A stretch of DNA of 54,638 bases, counting the filler, from Bipalium vagum (Eukaryota), in assembly GCA_037834085.1 (NCBI GenBank). It is 3 parts of 3 records of this genome, joined end to end, with 100 filler letters (N's around TTAATTAATTAA, not from the genome) between each part and the next. Parts side by side here need not be neighbours in the genome. Positions count along the whole stretch, not along the records: positions 35,822 to 54,638 come from JBBMKC010018301.1; 2 more parts are not named here. One strand, written 5' to 3'. Each line of letters opens with the position of its first letter. The first letter of the stretch is position 1. The notes under the pieces are model-generated. The model did not search any database and was not told where the DNA came from. It worked only from the letters and a program-made list of their open reading frames with translations. Positions 48,591 to 54,638 of this stretch are shown piece after piece. A program made the translations under genes and the position numbers.

Positions 48591-51431
48591 TGAAATATCA
48601 TTTTTGATAAAATAGTAATTCGAAAATGTATTAAATTGTATTGCTAAGACAATATCAATTTTAAGGTATTTAAACAAATGTTTCTTTTAAATAAGTGGAT
48701 TTTAAGTAAAAATTTAACTGAAACATAACTTTATGCCTGAATTAAATAAATCGCCAATTTTTTAAGATTTTCGTGCAAGAAATCAAGAATAACCATTTTT
48801 TTATCTTTTATTTTATTTAAAGCTTTATCTTTCATGATCTGTTTTATTAAAATGTCGAGTAGTTTCCGCTTCAAATTCTGTAATTATATAAATAAATAAA
48901 TTAAATAATAATTTGATATAAATTATTTTTACAAAATACAGAAATTTTATAATGAACATAAAGTCATAAGAAAATTACACTTAATTGATTATTTGTGTGT
49001 TAACCAATTTTTTCACAATTAATCACATTTTAAAAAGAAATTTAACAATTTAATTTCAATTTTCAATTTCCTTATATAAAGATAATATTAAAATAACTTT
49101 TAAAATTAAAAATGTATTTTTAAGAATTATTTTAATAATTTTTTAAGCTTTTTAAATAAATAATGAAATTAATTTTTATTTAAAATTTATTAATATAATT
49201 AATTTTCTGCTATATATAAAGCAATAGATATTGATCATACAGATACTCAACAATCTTTTGTGAAATAAATATTGATTGTTTGACTTATGAATTCGAATGA
49301 GACCTATTAACTAGCTGCAACCTAAGAGGAAGTGTCACAATTCTGTTAATATAATAACAACTAAAATATATTTATTAACCATTATATAACATTAAAATTA
49401 CTACTCGTTAATGTTATCGAAGTTTCTCATATAAAAGAGAATAATGAACACAAATTCACAATAGACTTTATTCGATATATAACAATTTCTCAATGGCAAA
49501 AAATTTCTTTCAAATCTAATATTCGAGTCTCACAAATAACATCATGATCAGTAGGATCAAAAATCACTCAATAATTGTCAAATCGAATAAATGCATTGAA
49601 TAAAAGTAAAATTCAAAATATGATACCAATAATTACGAAATCAAAACAAGGGAATGAATAAAGGTAGTATTAAAATTATTTAAATACAAATCACGAAAAA
49701 TAAGAAAAAACACTAATTTCACAGAGAAATTTCCGTTATTAAGCATTTTTGGTAGAAATATTAATATGACACATTTAACATCCAATATTAATATGTGATT
49801 CATGTCCTGTTTTATGTGCCGATTCCTATTTGTATATGAATGCCGCTTCAATCGTTTCCCCTCCGGATTAAGTCTCAGATTAAGTCTGAATTGCTTGTAA
49901 TGGCTTGAATTGTGTTGTACCTTTGCCTTTACTTTTTACTGTTACAAAACATATTGTTTCCTGTGATACCAAAATTTCATTAAATGTTATGTCAATTTAT
50001 AACACGCTTTCTCTCTTTGCTTATTTAAGCAGATATTGGAACTAGATCAAAGGAAATTCTTTGCAATATCGATATTATGTAAATTCCAATTAATTTATAG
50101 TGTGAATTATTGGTCATCACTCTTATACAATGTGCTACTTTGTGACTACTGAGTTCTATTATAATACCACTTTACTTTGAAATTCAAAACTCTGCCTTGT
50201 TACAGTTTGAATTCCCTATATAATTTTAATGCTCCTTCTTGTTATCAGTCCGGACTTTATCTCTCAGTATTGATACGGTACCTCAGGAGACCTATTGTGC
50301 TGATAAAATTATTCAGTTAACCTTCAATTTTCATAGGCATTTATCGTCCGTTCTGTATTGATTTTGCTCATTATTATCATGCGAACCCAATGCTGATAAA
50401 CGGGAATCCTCAATATGGCTACTCCCCTTTCATCTATTTCTATATCTCAGAGTTTCTCCTCTGATCTCGTTTTCTCTTTTCATGATATTTCATTGTGAAC
50501 AGACTTGTCTAATTGTGAATATATCAGGAAGAACAATCCCATTTAATAACTTATATCTCAGGTGCATCGTTGAAAAATTCTTAATAATCTTTCGATATTC
50601 TCTGCCGGCTGATGCTGTCGATGCCATTTTTTTACTTTTTGTTTACTAACTTGATTTGAGAAAAATCCGGATTCCGTCTACTACTCCTTATCTTCATCAC
50701 CATCTTTACTTCATCTGGTTAAGCCTTTCTCTTCTCATGAAACACTTTCTTGAGTTTTGCCAATTCTTTGAGGTGGTGATGAATAACAATAAATTGGCTA
50801 TGGATTATAAGCAATTTGTAATTAATCTCTATGTGAATTAAAATTTTCTATATAAGGTATACACCGATATTATCTGTGACTATTCAAATTTAACCAACAT
50901 AAATCTACTGTGTATTCCGATAATACTATCCGTGAAATTACAAAATTCATTGAATCCTTACCATATCCATATCAGGAACCTGTAATGACCCCGGTTCAAT
51001 AATATCACGTAATAATGGGTAAAAATTTTAAGAGTTCCGAAGGTATAAAGAATGAAGTACTTTCTTTCATTCATTCAAAAGATCGAGATTTCTTTAATAC
51101 TAGAATCAAACAACTTCTAAATAGATGAGAGGTAGTAATAGAGAACGATGGAGAATATTTGGATGATTAATTGTTTAATAATGTTTTATGATTAATAAAT
51201 AAAATTTAACTTCAATCTGAGTTTAATTTTTAATTTAAAAACTAAAAAACTTAGTTCGTTACCTGATATTATTTACTAATGTATACCATAACTGAGGATT
51301 TATTTACTTTTTATTAAAAATCAATTAATCATTATTGTTCAACACTATAAATGTGAAAAACAATTAGAATTTAAATTTTGATTGAAAATTTTTTTAATAT
51401 TCAGTAACCGAAATGATGAGACTCGACGATA

Positions 51432-51774
51432 TTATTTATTAAAATAAAAATGATCTAATGCTTGGTTTGCTGAAATTCGTTCCTGATAATTGTAGTCGAA
51501 CATCAAAACCAATAATGATCGTAAATCTTCCAAATGAATTAGTTCATCCAAAGTCGAGGTCGAATCTGGATTATTAACAAGTATGATATTTTCCGAATTT
51601 TCCATAATTGGATCTCCTATTATCTCAAATATGGAGTCCAACTCATTCTCCGATTCACCTTGAAACAAATGTCTTTGGATCACCATAAAAACCATAACAC
51701 AAGCAGCACTCCATATATCTATTGCTGTTCCAAAATTTTCATTTCCACAAATCAATTCAGGAGCTCTGTAGAAT
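51432..51774 (-). CDS. GSK3-like (CMGC) pseudokinase, exon 2
   Basis: acttag|A TTC TAC AGA GCT CCT GAA; FYRAPELICGNENFGTAIDIWSAACV...LFQGESENELDSIFEIIGDP...RISANQALDHFYF*. Confidence 0.92.
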
Positions 51775-51976
51775 CTAAGTAAAAGTCGATCAAATATTTT
51801 TGATTTTACATTAAAGAAGAAGTGAAAAAAGGGTAAATATGATAAATATTTCCCTAATCATAAAATGTAATGATAAAATATGTAACAGTTGTAGTGAGGA
51901 TTTAAATAAATTGAACGAAGTGATATTTCATGGTATTGTAAATAAATCAAATGGTGATAAAATTATTCGAACTTAC

Positions 51977-52641
51977 TGGTTACCAATAGAAGGAGAATTC
52001 TTTATCCCAGGAAGAATCACAGTAGTACTGTCAAAATCTATTAATTTCAGACTATAGTCATTCACATCCACCAATATATGATTTGGCTTAATGTTTCCAT
52101 GAACAATATTGAACTGATGCAGATATCCCAGACCAGACAGAATTTGCTGAGAGAATATTCTGATTATATTTTCATCCAACTGAATTTCCTTTTTGATTAA
52201 TCTGGCCATCATGGTGGACAAATTTTCAGGCATCTGTTCCATGATAAAATATTCCAAATATTGACCACGACGTGGACGAATAAAAAAGTATTTGAGTGAT
52301 ATTATATTAGGATGCATATCTGAAAATCTGAGCAACATTTTCTCTTCCGTTCTGATTCTTTTGTGTCGTAAAATTCTTTCTTTTATAATATACATTTGAT
52401 TTTTTGTAATTGGTATATATCTCTCATCATCTGGTACTACGTTAACAATACCGGAGAAGATTGAACCAAATTTTCCTTTGGACAAAGGGCGGAGTTGCTG
52501 AATTTTTAATTTTACTTTCAGAGTCGTATGGGGCATGCGAGCTTTGAAATAGGATTCCGATTTCTCGGAAATATCTTTATGGGTACTGGATACACTGAAT
52601 GAAGAACTTGCTACAGATATGTTATCAGGAAAATTATTCAT
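51977..52641 (-). CDS. GSK3-like (CMGC) pseudokinase, exon 1
   Basis: ATG at 52641; SKGKFGSIF, YIIKE, HPNIISLKYFF, HGNIKPNHIL, LKLIDFDS; AAC CA|gtaagt joins exon 2 in frame (202-nt intron, 335 aa total). Confidence 0.92.
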
Positions 52642-53739
52642 TTTGTATAATTATATTTTTTGTTTTAAAAATCTTTTTACTTACAATTTTTAAACAATTT
52701 TTTTTGTTTTAAAATTAATATTATGTGAAATTTTATTGATTTTTTAAAATTAAAATTATTTGGAAAAAAGAAGTAATAAAATCTTGATGTTCTTATAAAA
52801 TATTACTTGTTAATATATTTTAATGAAATAATATCTACTTAATTAAAACAAAAAGTATTTGAATGAGCAATTAATTTTTGTAACTTCGAATATCTTGAAT
52901 AGAAGTGCCTGTAACAATGGGTGAGCGATGCTTTTCAATTGGAATCACAATGCTTCTGTTATTGAAAAATGAAAGTTTTTAAAAATTTTAATATCAAAAA
53001 TGAAACTTTAATATCTGATTTGTAAACATTTTAACAGCCTCTTGAGTGAGAGAAAAGTGCAGGGATTTGACAAAAACATTAATACAAATGTGTACATGTA
53101 TTAATCTAGCAATAGAAAGTTTGAGATAATATTCTAATTTGATTCATTGCCAAAAATTTTAATAAAAAATTGATAAAATCCTGCCAGGAAATTGAAATAA
53201 ATTTTTATTTTGTTATGGATTAACATGGATAACACAAATTATAATTAAAAAAAATTGTTAATGGAAATCATAATCGTAAATTTGATTTGAAAAAATTTTT
53301 TAATTTATTTCAATATAAAAAAATATTTTTTTATGATTAAATATACGTCTCAAAATTCTGATTTTGTTTTAATTTTTTTAATAAATCAATGGTACTTTAT
53401 TAAAAGTTAATGGTTAGATATCTGATTCACACATGTTTAAGGATAGTTGTGGATAAACTCACAATAAAATTTTTCCTTTCTTGAAGCTTATTGTTCATAT
53501 TTACTTTCATACTTTCTTTACTTGTGGATTCGTTCATCAAATGAGTGTGTCATCGATTGAAGAATGTAGAAATCTGAATTGCAAACGTCAGATGACTGTA
53601 AATAGACAACAGTTTCTGTCTAAAATATTTTCAGACATCTTAACATCTTTTTAAAGCTCTATTCTTTTAAACATTTTTGCCTTTAATCATCGTAATTAAC
53701 GATTTCTTTTGATTATAAAACATAGTTATAATATAATTT

Positions 53740-53997
53740 AGAGATTCCACTAAACTATATATTTAGCGAACATTCGCATTAAGCAGAACGAGTAAAGTTT
53801 TAGATCACTCTTTGAATTGTGTTGTGCGAAAATGGAAAGTTAATGCTGAAGAATTTCGAATTCTTATGAATAACTTTGATAATAACGATGAACGGAAGAT
53901 ATGTGAATCGTTGTTAATAAAAGAGCGGGAACCGGAGATCAATGTTCAAACTGGAGAAAGTAAAAGCCAATGGGTGGTCAATGTTTTCTCAGATTAA
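53740..53997 (+). mobile_element. Penelope-like retroelement GIY-YIG endonuclease C-terminal remnant
   Basis: ..FSEH..LDHSLNC...FRILMNNFDNNDERKICESLLIKEREPEINVQ, matching the Penelope R..EH / F.IL / R.I.ESLFI..P.LN.Q pattern. Confidence 0.72.
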
Positions 53998-54326
53998 TTA
54001 GTTTTTAATTTTTTAAAAAAAATGAATATTTTTTTAAAAATAGAAAAGAATTTTTAAAGAATTAAAAATAATAATTTCCACCACTCAGAATTTTACAATA
54101 TATATATTGGTGCCTCGTTTCAGTTACTTTGTAATTTATCTTCTTAATTTTTTTATTGACTTGTGATCTGTCTACATATACATTTACGATACGAACTGAA
54201 TTAATTACATAAAATCTTGAATAAAATTATAATACTTTTGGAAATGATATTTGGTAGACTTGAGTCCTAAAGGCTCATATAGAGAAATGAACATGAACTG
54301 AAATTAACAATAAATAAGCAGTAATA

Positions 54327-54520
54327 CAGGGTGGCCACTAAAAGACTTACCAATTTAAAATTGATCTGAAATTGAAAATATAAATGATTTTTTTTAAATT
54401 TTTTTAGATAATATAAAGCATTTCTTGGAATTTAAATGAATGTTTATAATATTCCACACCGAGTAAAACTAATTGAGTTATACTATGCAAATTGTTGGGT
54501 TTACCAAGACACCCTCCGGG
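54327..54520. mobile_element. possible Tc1/mariner-type terminus or MITE
   Basis: TA+cagggtggccac terminus; weak partner gacaccct near 54508-54515. Confidence 0.35.
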
Positions 54521-54638
54521 AAAAAAATAAATAATAAAAACTATAAATAATGTATAAATAATAATAATATTAATAATTAAAAATTAATTAATACTTGAAA
54601 GTCATTGAAAAATTCCCAGGGATTTTATTTTTAAACTA

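Overview
Very AT-rich, intron-containing eukaryotic (animal) genomic DNA. It is rich in (TAA)n microsatellites, decayed Tc1/mariner elements and 43-49 nt mini-introns, which fits a planarian-type flatworm; the taxon is an inference. The window is three contigs joined by identical artificial 100-nt spacers (44 N + TTAATTAATTAA + 44 N) at 16044-16143 and 35722-35821. Four host genes can be reconstructed by hand with consistent GT-AG phases. (1) Six plus-strand exons of a PDE2A-like cGMP-stimulated phosphodiesterase (GAF-A region, 2069-14664), five of them absent from the ORF track. (2) One large plus-strand exon of a Kidins220/ARMS-like KAP-family NTPase (34929-35647). (3) Eleven minus-strand exons of an ANKMY1-like MORN + ankyrin protein (48590-36968; 3' end/MYND not in the window). 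(4) A complete two-exon, 335-aa GSK3-derived kinase (52641-51432) that has lost HRD (HGN), the catalytic-loop Asn and DFG (DFD), so it is a probable intact pseudokinase and the most unusual gene here. The rest is a graveyard of mariner (irritans/Himar1-like, mellifera-, cecropia- and mauritiana-like), Tc1, rosa/DD41D-like and IS630-like remnants, three clear MITEs, and Penelope, LINE and Gypsy fragments. No prokaryotic system, CRISPR array, rRNA or tRNA was seen. All family assignments rest on recalled motifs, not database searches.
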